A DNA stretch of 64,000 nt, taken from assembly GCA_965227515.1 (NCBI GenBank), contig CBDDFZ010000001.1, forward strand, positions 2,016,001-2,080,000, read 5' to 3'. Positions 37,656 to 47,127 of the stretch are shown in pieces. The notes beneath the pieces were generated by a model. That model saw only the letters and a list, made by a program, of their open reading frames with translations, had not been told where the DNA came from and ran no database searches. Each line of letters begins with the position of its first letter. Within the stretch, counting starts at the first letter, position 1. A program made the translations under genes and the position numbers. The stretch is from Alphaproteobacteria bacterium (GTDB taxonomy: Bacteria; Pseudomonadota; Alphaproteobacteria; CALKHQ01).

Positions 37656-38624
37656 ATGTACCGGGTGGTGATGATCGGCCAGTTCCGGCCGGCGGGGCAC
37701 AAGCTGCTGGAGGGGCGGGGCGACATCAGCCTGGTCACGATCGACCATCCGACGGCCGGCGCGGTGTCGGCGGCGATGCCGGATGCGGACGCCATTGCGC
37801 TGCGCACCTTCCAGATGGACGCCGCGCTGTTGGATTCGGCGCCCAAGCTCAAGATCGTGGCCCGTCACGGCGTCGGCTACGACAATGTGGATTTGGCGGC
37901 GCTGACCCGGCGCAAGATCCCGCTCGCCGTCGTCGGTAACGTGAACGCGGTCACCGTGGCCGAGCACACGATGTTCTTCATCCTGTCGCTGGCCAAGCGG
38001 GGCGGTGCCTACGACCGCGCGGTGCGGCTGGGCAACTGGGCGCTGCGCGACGGCTTTTCCGCCAGCGAGCTGGACGGCAAGCGCCTGTTGATCTGCGGCT
38101 TCGGCCGCATCGGCCGCGAGGTCGCCAAGCGCGCCAGCGCGTTCGACATGAACCTGTCGGTCTACGATCCGTTCGTCGACGACGAGGCGATCGCGTCGGC
38201 CGGCGCGACGCCGGTGCGCGATCTGGCGGCGGGGCTGGCCGAGGCCGACTTCGTGACCCTGCACCTGCCGATGACCGACGACACCGCCAAGATGATCAAT
38301 GCCGAGACGCTGGCGGGCATGAAGCCGACCGCGCACGTCATCAACACCGCGCGGGGCGGGCTGGTGGACGAGGATGCGCTCTACCAGGCGCTTGCCGACG
38401 GCACCATCGCGGGCGCCGCGCTGGACGTGTTCGGCCAGGAGCCGCCGGCCGCCGGCCATCGCTTCTTCGAACTCGACAACGTGCTGTTGAGCCCGCACAT
38501 CGCCGGCCTGACCGCCGAGTGCGCCGACCGCATGGCCATCGCCACGGTGCGGAACGTGCTCAATGTGCTGGACGGCAAGCTCGACCCCAAGCTGGTGGTC
38601 AACCCGGAGGTGCTGCTCCGATGA
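37656..38624 (+). CDS. D-2-hydroxyacid dehydrogenase (SerA-like)
   Basis: HGVGYDNVD, GFGRIG, INTARG, LDVF..EP, SPHIAG. Confidence 0.93.
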   Translation: MYRVVMIGQFRPAGHKLLEGRGDISLVTIDHPTAGAVSAAMPDADAIALRTFQMDAALLDSAPKLKIVARHGVGYDNVDLAALTRRKIPLAVVGNVNAVTVAEHTMFFILSLAKRGGAYDRAVRLGNWALRDGFSASELDGKRLLICGFGRIGREVAKRASAFDMNLSVYDPFVDDEAIASAGATPVRDLAAGLAEADFVTLHLPMTDDTAKMINAETLAGMKPTAHVINTARGGLVDEDALYQALADGTIAGAALDVFGQEPPAAGHRFFELDNVLLSPHIAGLTAECADRMAIATVRNVLNVLDGKLDPKLVVNPEVLLR

Positions 38625-39796
38625 AGCGTCCGCTCAAGATCGGTCTGGTCGGCTCCGGTTTCATGGGCGCCTGCCATGCCAACGCCTTCCGCTCTGTCAG
38701 TGGCCTGTTCGACCTCCCGCTGGAGCCGGTGCTGGAGCTGATCGCCGACGTCGACGAGGCGGCGGCGCAGCGTGCGGCGGCGCGGTTCGGCTTCCGCCGG
38801 TCGACCGGCGACTGGCGCGAGCTGGTCAACGATCCCGAGATCGACGTGGTCGACATTACCGCGCCCAACGCGTTCCACTGCGAGATCGCGGTCGCGGCGG
38901 CGGAGGCCGGCAAGCACGTCTATTGCGAGAAGCCGCTCGGCAACACCCTGGAGGAATGCCACCGCATGGTGGCGGCGACCGACAAGGCGGGCGTGAAGAC
39001 CGCCATCGGCTTCAACTACATCAAGAACCCGATCATCGGCCTGGCGCGCGACATCGTGCAGTCCGGCGAAATCGGCGAGGTGGTGGGCTTTCGCGGCATC
39101 CATGCCGAGGACTACATGGTCAACCCGACCACGCCCTATAGCTGGCGCAACGAGCCGCCGGGCGGCGGCGTGATCGCCGACCTGGGCAGCCACATCACCG
39201 CGATGGCGCGGTTCCTGGTCGGCGACATCACCGAGGTCTGCGGCCAGCTCCACACCACGGTGAAGGAACGCCCGGTGGTGAAGGACGCCTCCACCATCCA
39301 GCTCATCGCCAGCGGCGCGATGGAGGCCGGGGAGTCGCTGGAAACCAAGGAATGCACCACCGACGACCAGGCCCGCTTCCTGTGCACGTTCAGCAACGGC
39401 GCCACCGGCTCCATCGAGGCGAGCTGGGTGGCCCAGGGCCGGGTGATGTACCTGGCGTTCGAGATGACCGGCACCAAGGGCACGGTGAACTTCAACGCCG
39501 AGCGCCTGAACGAGCTGGAGATAAGCACCAGCGGCCAGCCGCGCGGGCGCGAGGGCTTCCGCACCATCTGCGCCGGCCCGGTGCACGAGCCCTATGGTAA
39601 CTTCTGCCCGGCGCCGGGCCACCAGCTCGGCTTCAACGACCTGAAGGTGATCGAGGTCCGGGACCTGATCATGGGGCTGGCCGACGAAGGTTCCGCGCCC
39701 TGGCCGGACTTCAAGGAGGGGCTGACCGTGCAGACCGTGGTCGACACCGCCCGCCGCTCCGCCCAGGAACGCGCCTGGATGCAGGTGGAGGTTTAG
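38621..39796 (+). CDS. Gfo/Idh/MocA oxidoreductase (inositol dehydrogenase-like)
   Basis: GLVGSGFMG, YCEKPL, DLGSH, FCPAPGHQLGFNDLK; ATG 38621 overlaps the upstream stop. Confidence 0.92.
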   Translation: MKRPLKIGLVGSGFMGACHANAFRSVSGLFDLPLEPVLELIADVDEAAAQRAAARFGFRRSTGDWRELVNDPEIDVVDITAPNAFHCEIAVAAAEAGKHVYCEKPLGNTLEECHRMVAATDKAGVKTAIGFNYIKNPIIGLARDIVQSGEIGEVVGFRGIHAEDYMVNPTTPYSWRNEPPGGGVIADLGSHITAMARFLVGDITEVCGQLHTTVKERPVVKDASTIQLIASGAMEAGESLETKECTTDDQARFLCTFSNGATGSIEASWVAQGRVMYLAFEMTGTKGTVNFNAERLNELEISTSGQPRGREGFRTICAGPVHEPYGNFCPAPGHQLGFNDLKVIEVRDLIMGLADEGSAPWPDFKEGLTVQTVVDTARRSAQERAWMQVEV

Positions 39797-39808
39797 CCAC
39801 TTCTCCGC

Positions 39809-39927
39809 CGTCATCGCGAACCCGCGCCCAATTCTTGATTGGGGGCGGGTGTGGCGATCCAGGCGATTGTCGCGCGAAGGGGATAGACGCACTGGATTGC
39901 CGCGTCGCTCCGCTCCTCGCAATGACG
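39809..39927. repeat. CGTC REP doublet
   Basis: CGTCATCGCGA...GCGATCCAG and CTGGATTGCCGCGTCG..CTCCTCGCAATGACG. Confidence 0.85.
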
Positions 39928-40090
39928 GCGGTGCTGCCCCCCCCCCTACCAACCGCATAGACTCCTGTCATTTCGGCGTTACACTTCGCCGGCAGGGTGG
40001 CCGCGTGTTTGGCGCTCGGGCTGCACGCGATGCAGCAAGCGGGGGCAAGGGGACCAGCGGCCTAAGCACGTCTAGGAAGGGAACCAGGAC

Positions 40091-40840
40091 ATGTACAAGA
40101 AACTTCTGACTGGAGCCGTTGCGCTCGGCCTGACGGTGGGGGCCGCCCAGGCGGCCGATCTGGAAGGCCGGGTGCTGAAGATCGGCTCCGACACCACCTA
40201 TCCGCCGATGGAGATGATCGATCCGGACACGGGCGAGATCATCGGCTTCGACGTCGATGTGGTGAACGCGATCTGCGAGCGCATCAATTGCACCGCCGAG
40301 TTCGTGACCACGGCGTGGGACGGCATCTTTGCGGCCCTGGTGCAGGGCGAGTTCGACATGGTCGTCTCCGGCGTGTCGATCACGCCCGAGCGCGACGAGA
40401 TCGTCGACTTCTCAGATCCCTATCTGGTGGTCAGTCAGGCGATCCTGATGCGCGTCGGCGACGAGGGCATGACGATCGAGGACTTCCAGGGCGGCAGCCT
40501 GCTCTCGGCGCAGACCGGCACCACCAACGCACAGTTGGCCGAGGATCTGGTGGGGCGCGAGAACATCCGCCTCTACGACACCTTCGTCTCCGCCGTGCTG
40601 GCGTTGCAGCAGGGCGACGTCGACGGCGTCATCATCGACGGCACCTCCGCGGTCGCCTACGAGCAGGAATTCGCCGGCGAGCTGACCGTGGGCATCGAGG
40701 GCCTGCAGGCCGATCCGCTGGGCCTGGTGTTCCAGGAGGGCGACCCGATGGTCGACGCCTTCAACGAGGGCCTTCAGATGATCATGGACGACGGCACCCA
40801 TGCCGAGCTGGTGGCCAAATACTGGGGCACCGAGGAATAG
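40091..40840 (+). CDS. Polar amino-acid ABC transporter substrate-binding protein
   Basis: Signal peptide; TYPPME, GFDVD, WDGIF, SGVSITPER, QTGTT. Confidence 0.94.
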   Translation: MYKKLLTGAVALGLTVGAAQAADLEGRVLKIGSDTTYPPMEMIDPDTGEIIGFDVDVVNAICERINCTAEFVTTAWDGIFAALVQGEFDMVVSGVSITPERDEIVDFSDPYLVVSQAILMRVGDEGMTIEDFQGGSLLSAQTGTTNAQLAEDLVGRENIRLYDTFVSAVLALQQGDVDGVIIDGTSAVAYEQEFAGELTVGIEGLQADPLGLVFQEGDPMVDAFNEGLQMIMDDGTHAELVAKYWGTEE

Positions 40841-40848
40841 GCCAGTCT

Positions 40849-40885
40849 CAGGGTCCCGGCGCGCGCTGGGGCCCTGATTTCCTTT
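40849..40885 (+). terminator. Stem-loop after the SBP gene (terminator or mRNA stabiliser)
   Basis: CAGGGTCCC/GGGGCCCTG stem followed by ATTTCCTTT. Confidence 0.55.
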
Positions 40886-40914
40886 GGGCGTCATGACAAT
40901 CGACCGGCAGTGAT

Positions 40915-42600
40915 ATGCACGCGGTGAGCGTGCTCCGGCGCATCCGGCCGAGCAATTTGGTGCTGCTCGCCGCGCTGCCGTTCATCGTCTATCTGTTCGC
41001 GTCCGAGCCGAACTACCAGCGCTCCCTGGTCGCCATTCTTGGCATCGAGGATGGTGCCGGCGAGCAACTCGTCGGCTTCTGCCTGGTGCTGTCGCTGTTC
41101 CTGACCGGCCTGCTGCTGCCGATCTCGTACTGGCGCGGCACAAAGTCGGGCCGTCGGCTGCGCCGCGCCGCGCACTGGGCCGTGTTCGTCCACGCGGCCC
41201 TGCTCGCCGTCCTGCTGGCCGTGCCGGATGCGGCCGGTCCCTACATCGAATCCATCGTCGCCAACACGGTCGACCCGTACACGTCCGACTGGGTGGTGGC
41301 CGGCGAGACGCCGCGCATCCTGACCGAGGCATATGCGGACGTCGTGCGTGGCGCCTGGGCGTGGATCGTCGTCGTGTATGGCGCGGTCTACTGCGTCACC
41401 GCCGGCATCACGCTGGCCGCCCACGAGGGCATGCGCCACAACCTGCCGCCGGTCGTCGTGCGGTATGCGGCCCTTGCCCTGACGCTGATGTCGCTCATTG
41501 GCCTGTTCTATGTGCTGTTCGTCGGCCATGCGGGCTTTGCCACCGGCCTGATGATCACGCTGCGGGCGGCGGTCTTCGCCTATCTCGCCGCCGCCGTACT
41601 GGGCCTCGGGCTCGCCGGGCTGCAAGGCCTGGCCCCCGGCCGGCGCACTTTCTTGGTCTACCCGGCGATCTGCGCGCTGCTCGGCGCCGGCGCGGTCTAT
41701 TTCTTCATGCAGCCGACCGAGACCTATGTGCTCGTCGGCGAACTCGACGAGCGGGTCGCCATCATCCAGGGCACGCCGTCGGGTCTCAGCGACGTCATCA
41801 AGGAAGGCGTGTTCGAGGACCAGGACTATGGCCGGCTGTCGATCCGCGCCGCCGAGGATGTCGCCGCCGCCCTGGACCTTGTCGCCAACCAGGACAACGT
41901 GTCGGCCGCCTTCGTGCCCATCGATGCGGCGCCCGCCACGCTGCCCGTGGTGTGGGAAGTGACATTCCTGCCCAGCGAATACCGCTCGCCGGCTTTCATC
42001 ATGGCCGCCATAGGCGGGCTGCTGCTGGTGCTCTGCCTTGGCGGGCTGCTGCACAGCCGCCACCCGCTGGCGGTGGGGGCGGAGTTCTTCATCGACACCG
42101 TGCGCGGCATCCCGATGCTGGTGATCATCCTCTACGTCGGCCTGCCGCTGAGCGGCGCGATCAAGGACGCCACCGACGGCGGCATCGACCTGCCGAACTT
42201 CGTGCGCGGCGTGATCGCGATCTCCATCGGCTATTCGGCCTACATGGCGGAGATCTTCCGCGCCGGCATCGAGGCGGTGCCACGCGGGCAGATCGAGGCG
42301 GCGCGCAGTTTGGGCATGTCGCGCTGGCTGGTGTTCCGGCTGGTCATCCTGCCCCAGGCCCTGCAAGTGGTGACGCCGCCGCTGGGCAATGAATTCATCG
42401 CCATGCTGAAGGATACGTCGCTGCTGTCGATCCTGTCGGTGCGCGACGTGACCCAGCGCATGCGCGAGTTCCAGGCGTCGAGCTTCCTGCCGTTCGAGCC
42501 GTTCAACTCGGCGGCGATCCTGTACGTGGCGCTGACGCTGGCCTGCGCCAGCGGCCTGAAGTGGATCGAGCGCCGCAACGACCGCCGCGGCGCGCGGTAG
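40915..42600 (+). CDS. Amino-acid ABC transporter permease (HisM/GlnP-type) with long N-terminal extension
   Basis: RGIPMLV, SAYMAEIFRAGI, GQIEAARSLG, LKDTSL. Confidence 0.9.
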   Translation: MHAVSVLRRIRPSNLVLLAALPFIVYLFASEPNYQRSLVAILGIEDGAGEQLVGFCLVLSLFLTGLLLPISYWRGTKSGRRLRRAAHWAVFVHAALLAVLLAVPDAAGPYIESIVANTVDPYTSDWVVAGETPRILTEAYADVVRGAWAWIVVVYGAVYCVTAGITLAAHEGMRHNLPPVVVRYAALALTLMSLIGLFYVLFVGHAGFATGLMITLRAAVFAYLAAAVLGLGLAGLQGLAPGRRTFLVYPAICALLGAGAVYFFMQPTETYVLVGELDERVAIIQGTPSGLSDVIKEGVFEDQDYGRLSIRAAEDVAAALDLVANQDNVSAAFVPIDAAPATLPVVWEVTFLPSEYRSPAFIMAAIGGLLLVLCLGGLLHSRHPLAVGAEFFIDTVRGIPMLVIILYVGLPLSGAIKDATDGGIDLPNFVRGVIAISIGYSAYMAEIFRAGIEAVPRGQIEAARSLGMSRWLVFRLVILPQALQVVTPPLGNEFIAMLKDTSLLSILSVRDVTQRMREFQASSFLPFEPFNSAAILYVALTLACASGLKWIERRNDRRGAR

Positions 42601-42614
42601 CTAACCTATAGACT

Positions 42615-42818
42615 TGTCATCCTTGCCCGGAGCCCCGAAGCCTTCGAGGGGCGGCGTGGCGAGGATCCATTCGTGCGCAGTGTGCGCTGTTGCCTGGCTT
42701 GGCTCGATCAGTGCGCGAGCAAACGCCCGACCCGGGCTCCACCCGCATCGCTCAAGAACCAATTGCCTGTTGGCGCATTGGACAAGAATGGGTCCTCGCC
42801 ACAAGGGCGAGGACGACA
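42615..42818. repeat. TGTC-type REP doublet
   Basis: TGTCATCCTTGCCCGGAGCCCC...GAGGATCCA and TGGGTCCTCGCCACAAGGGCGAGGACGACA. Confidence 0.8.
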
Positions 42819-42873
42819 GGGGGGTGTTTGGGGAGTGTTGCGCGTGGCGGCCAGTAGCGCCATCGAACGCCCG

Positions 42874-44403
42874 CTACTCGATCTGGATCGCCTCGAAGCG
42901 CAGTTCGCCGCCGTGGTCGATCAGCACCAGCACCGAGCGGCGGCCGATCTCCTGGGCCTCGGCGACCAGGCGGGCCACGTCGGCGGGGCTGGACACCGGG
43001 TCCTGCATCACCTCGACGATCACGTCGCCGACGCTGATGCCCTTGATGTCGGCCGAGGAGTTCGCCTCGACCGCCACCACCACGACGCCGTCGGCATTGG
43101 CGCCGAGGTCGAACTCGTGGCGGCGCTCCGGCGTGAGCGCTGAGAGGGTGAGGCCCAGCTCCGGTACCTCGGCCTCGTCCAGCGGCGTCTCCGGGTCGTC
43201 GGTGTCGCCCACCACAGGCGCGTCGGTCACCGGGGTCTCTTCCAGCTCGCCGACCATCACGCTGAGCTCGACCGATTCGCCATGCCGCCACACCTCGACC
43301 GGCACTTCGGCGTCGATCGGGGTCTCGGCGACGATGCGCGGCAACTGGCGCATCTCGCTCACCCGGCGGTTGTTGAAGTGCAGGATGATGTCGCCGGCCT
43401 CGATACCGGCGGCGGCGGCCGGGCTGTCGGCGGTGACGCTGGAAACCAGTGCGCCGTACGCTTCGGGCAAGTCCAGGCTTTCCGCGATCTCGTCGGTGAC
43501 GGTCTGGATGCGCACGCCGAGCCAGCCGCGCCGTGTGCGGCCGAACTCGCGCAGTTGCGAGATCACGATGTCGGCGATGGACGAGGGAATGGCAAAGCCG
43601 ATGCCGACGCTGCCGCCGGTGGGCGAGATAATGGCGGTGTTCACGCCGACCACTTCGCCGGCCAGGTTGAACATCGGCCCGCCGGAATTGCCGCGGTTGA
43701 TGGCGGCATCGGTCTGCAAATACTCGTCATAGGGCCCGGAATCGAGGTCGCGGGCGCGGGCGGAGATGATGCCGGCGGAGACCGAGCCGCCGAGCCCGAA
43801 CGGGTTGCCGATGGCGATGATCCAGTCGCCGACACGCATGGCGTCGCTGTCGCCCCATGGTACGTACGGCAGCGGCTGGTCCGACTCCACCTTCAGCAAC
43901 GCGAGGTCGGTCTTGGCGTCGGTGCCCAGGATCTCGGCCGGCAGGTTGGTGTCGTCCTGCAGGATGACGCGAATCTCGTCCGCGCCTTCGATGACGTGCA
44001 GGTTGGTGACCACGTAGCCGTCGGGGTCGATGATGAAGCCGGAGCCGAGCGCGGTCGCCTCGCGCGGCTGCAGGTCGGGCTGGTCGCGGTCGGTGAACTC
44101 GTCGAAGAAATCCTGGAACGGCGAGTCCTCGGGGAAGTCCGGGATCACCGGCGGGCGCCGGGAGTCGACACGCTGGGTGGTGGAGATGTTGACCACCGCG
44201 GGCGACAGGGTGTCCACCAGGTCGGCAAAGCTGAGCGGCGCGCCGTCGGGCGCTTGCGCAAGTGCTGCGGGGGCTGCCAGCGCGCTCGCCAGAACTGCGG
44301 CGCCCACGGCCAGTCCGATCGCCTTGCCGGCCACACTGGCGGTTCGCCGCCTGACGTTCTTCAAGGCCCAAGCGTTGCTATGAGCTGGGTCGACCATCGT
44401 CAT
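42874..44403 (-). CDS. degP: DegP/DegQ (HtrA) serine endoprotease
   Basis: GSGFII, TNLHVI, DLALL, INRGNSGGP, two PDZ domains; follows hflKC. Confidence 0.93.
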   Translation of the reverse strand: MTMVDPAHSNAWALKNVRRRTASVAGKAIGLAVGAAVLASALAAPAALAQAPDGAPLSFADLVDTLSPAVVNISTTQRVDSRRPPVIPDFPEDSPFQDFFDEFTDRDQPDLQPREATALGSGFIIDPDGYVVTNLHVIEGADEIRVILQDDTNLPAEILGTDAKTDLALLKVESDQPLPYVPWGDSDAMRVGDWIIAIGNPFGLGGSVSAGIISARARDLDSGPYDEYLQTDAAINRGNSGGPMFNLAGEVVGVNTAIISPTGGSVGIGFAIPSSIADIVISQLREFGRTRRGWLGVRIQTVTDEIAESLDLPEAYGALVSSVTADSPAAAAGIEAGDIILHFNNRRVSEMRQLPRIVAETPIDAEVPVEVWRHGESVELSVMVGELEETPVTDAPVVGDTDDPETPLDEAEVPELGLTLSALTPERRHEFDLGANADGVVVVAVEANSSADIKGISVGDVIVEVMQDPVSSPADVARLVAEAQEIGRRSVLVLIDHGGELRFEAIQIE

Positions 44404-44504
44404 GGCTCAGCCTTCCACCACTGTATTGCGCCCAAAATATGTCCGCCGGCCGGGCAATGGCTGCGCCCGGCCGGGATGGCGATCGGAACGGTGACGGCGG
44501 GCGG

Positions 44505-45620
44505 TTATTGGTTGCCGCCGTCAGCGTCCTCGTTCACTGGACCGGCATCGCCGGGATCGGCCTCCGGATCGAAGGTCGGTGCCTCGGGCTGGACTTCCTC
44601 GCCATTCTCGTTGCCGATCATGTCAAGCGTCTCCAGCACCTCGAGGGTTTCCGGATCGAACTCCTCTTCCAAGGCGGCGCGTGCCGCCTCCGCCGTCGCC
44701 TCGATGACCTCCTGCAACTCGCGCTGCTGATCCAGTGTGGGCTCGGGGAACACGTGGTCCTCCAGCCCGCGCAGCATGCCCAGGAAGTCGCTGTCCGACG
44801 TCATCACCATTTGGGTGCTGCTGCCGGCCAGTGCGTCGACGTACTGGTTGAGGGTGTAATAGAACGAGAAGAACGCCTCGTCGCGGCCATAGGCCTCCGA
44901 CAAGGTGGTCAGCGCATAGTTGTCGGCATCGCCTCGAATACGCTCGCTCTCGCGGTTGGCGCCGGCCAGAAGCTCGGCGACGACACGGTCGGCGACCGCC
45001 CGGGTCACCTCGGCGTCGCGCTGGCCTCGGGCACGTGCGGCCGCGGCTTCCTGCTGACGCTCGGTGCGCATGTTCTCCAGCACCGATTCGGTGATCGCCG
45101 CCGGCAGCTCCGCCTTCACGATACGCACGTCGGCCACCACGATGCCGTTGTTCTCCAGCTGCGCGGAGACGATTTCGCGGATTTCCTCCATGATCAGCAG
45201 GCGGCGGGGCGACAGCACGTCCGACTGCGAGCGTCGCCGCAGCACGTTACGCACCGTACTGGCCGTCTCCCGCTGAATACGGCTTTCGGCCGCCGCAATG
45301 GTGCCCAGCGTCTGGTAGAAGCGGACCGGGTCGTCGATCCGCCACATCACCGTGGTGCTGACCTCAAGCCGCTTCGGGTCGCTGAGGGTCACCTCCTCGG
45401 CGTCGGGGGTGTACTGCAGCAGCCGCTTTTCCAGCCGGATCAGGTCGTCGACCAGCGGCACCTTGAACTGCAGGCCGGGCTCGGCAACGGTGCCGATCAG
45501 GTCACCGAAACGGACCACCAGCACCTGCTCGCCTTCCTTGACGGTGTAGAAACTGCCATAGGCGAGGATCGCCAGGACGACCAGGACCACGCCAATGACG
45601 GCGCCTCTTTTGCGGTTCAT
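44505..45620 (-). CDS. hflC: FtsH protease modulator HflC
   Basis: N-terminal TM, PGLQFKVP, SPFH domain, M.TER; directly downstream of hflK. Confidence 0.9.
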   Translation of the reverse strand: MNRKRGAVIGVVLVVLAILAYGSFYTVKEGEQVLVVRFGDLIGTVAEPGLQFKVPLVDDLIRLEKRLLQYTPDAEEVTLSDPKRLEVSTTVMWRIDDPVRFYQTLGTIAAAESRIQRETASTVRNVLRRRSQSDVLSPRRLLIMEEIREIVSAQLENNGIVVADVRIVKAELPAAITESVLENMRTERQQEAAAARARGQRDAEVTRAVADRVVAELLAGANRESERIRGDADNYALTTLSEAYGRDEAFFSFYYTLNQYVDALAGSSTQMVMTSDSDFLGMLRGLEDHVFPEPTLDQQRELQEVIEATAEAARAALEEEFDPETLEVLETLDMIGNENGEEVQPEAPTFDPEADPGDAGPVNEDADGGNQ

Positions 45621-46903
45621 TGGCCGGCTCCCGGATTTGTGCCCTCACTCGGACGCGGCGGTTGGCCCTGCATGGTGCCCTGCAGCTGGTTCAGCGGCAG
45701 GTAAGGCACGATCGATTCGGACAAGTTGTCGCTTTCAAGAATGATCTTGGTCACGTCCGTCAGCACCCGACCCAAAGTGTCGATATAGAGCCGCTCGCGC
45801 ACGATATCGGGCGACTGCCAGTAGGCCGCCAGCACCTGGTTGAAGCGCGCTGCCTGACCGTCGGCCTGGGCGGTGACGTTGGCGTGATAGGCGCGGGCAT
45901 CTTCCAGGATGCGCTGCACCTGACCGCCGACCTCTTCCTGGATCCGGTTGGCGTAGGCATCGGCCTCGTTGCGCTGCCGGTCAGCGTTCTGCTCGGCCAC
46001 GTCGACGTCGCGGAACGCATCGATCACCTCGGCCGGCGGGTCGCCGCCCTGCAGCAGCACGTCGAGCACCAGCACGCCGGCCTCGTATTGGTCGAGCGCC
46101 GCCTGCAACCGCTCTTGCGTCAATTGCTGCACCAGAATACGCGCGTTCTCCGCTTCCTCGTCGGTCGGCGTATCCGTGCCGCCGGCGCGCAGCAGAAGCT
46201 TGGCGATCTCGGTCTGGCCGACCACCTCGCGCAGCGCACTCTCGGAGATCGAGCGCACCAGGCCCGGCGGGTCCTCGACCTTGAACAGGAAGTTGTGCGC
46301 CTCGTCCTCCTTGACGCGCCACACCACCACATAGCCCAGGTCGATCAGGTTTTCGTCGCTGGTGACCATGCGGCTTTCTTCGATCACGTAGTCGACCGTG
46401 TCGTCCGCGGAGGCCCGGCGGGTGACGCCCGAGCGCGTGCCGACTTCGGTCAGCCGCTCGTTCAGCACCTGCACGATCTCGACGCTCTCGATCGGGGAAG
46501 GCCAATGGAAGTTCAGGCCTGGTCCGGTGGTCGCGACATGGTCGCCGAAGCGCAGCACCACGCCCTGCTCGCCGGGTTCGACCCGATAGAAACCTGAGAA
46601 CAGCCAGAAGCCTGCAATGACGATCAGAACCAGGATCAGGCCGCGCTTGGAGAAGAAACCGCCGGGCATCAGCCCGCGCACACGGTCCTGCGAGCGCCGG
46701 ATAAGATCGTCGAAATTGGGCGGGTTCGGGCCCTGCCCGCCGCCGCCTCCGCCGCCATTGCCGCGACCGCCCCAACCGCCGCCACCGCCGCCGGAGCCTC
46801 CGCCACCGCCCCAGGGGCCGCCGTCACCTCCGTTGCCGCCGCCGCCGCCACTGCTGCCGCCGCCCCATGGTCCGCCGCCACTGCCTTGATTCTTCCAGGG
46901 CAT
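45617..46903 (-). CDS. hflK: FtsH protease modulator HflK
   Basis: MPW.N.G..GPWG Gly-rich N-terminus, PGLNFHWP.PIE, VIDAFRDV, RERLY. Confidence 0.93.
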   Translation of the reverse strand: MPWKNQGSGGGPWGGGSSGGGGGNGGDGGPWGGGGGSGGGGGGWGGRGNGGGGGGGQGPNPPNFDDLIRRSQDRVRGLMPGGFFSKRGLILVLIVIAGFWLFSGFYRVEPGEQGVVLRFGDHVATTGPGLNFHWPSPIESVEIVQVLNERLTEVGTRSGVTRRASADDTVDYVIEESRMVTSDENLIDLGYVVVWRVKEDEAHNFLFKVEDPPGLVRSISESALREVVGQTEIAKLLLRAGGTDTPTDEEAENARILVQQLTQERLQAALDQYEAGVLVLDVLLQGGDPPAEVIDAFRDVDVAEQNADRQRNEADAYANRIQEEVGGQVQRILEDARAYHANVTAQADGQAARFNQVLAAYWQSPDIVRERLYIDTLGRVLTDVTKIILESDNLSESIVPYLPLNQLQGTMQGQPPRPSEGTNPGAGQ

Positions 46904-47127
46904 AAAGTCGCTCCGTTAAATCCACGTCATGCCTGCCGTGCTGCTGGACGCACATCCTCGGCACGGCTAATTACCATGCTCCAGCGCATCGAACACCAGC
47001 GCAGGGAATCGAATGCGCCGAACCGCGGCCCAAATCGCGTTCGCGCAACGCCGCCAAACCGGCTTACGTCGACTGCCATGCCCAACGTTGCCGCGCGGCA
47101 TGCTGTGAATATGTTACGGGTGACGAC

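Noticed and set aside
46730-46890. Gly-rich repeat at the HflK N-terminus
   Set aside because: This is a normal feature of alphaproteobacterial HflK.
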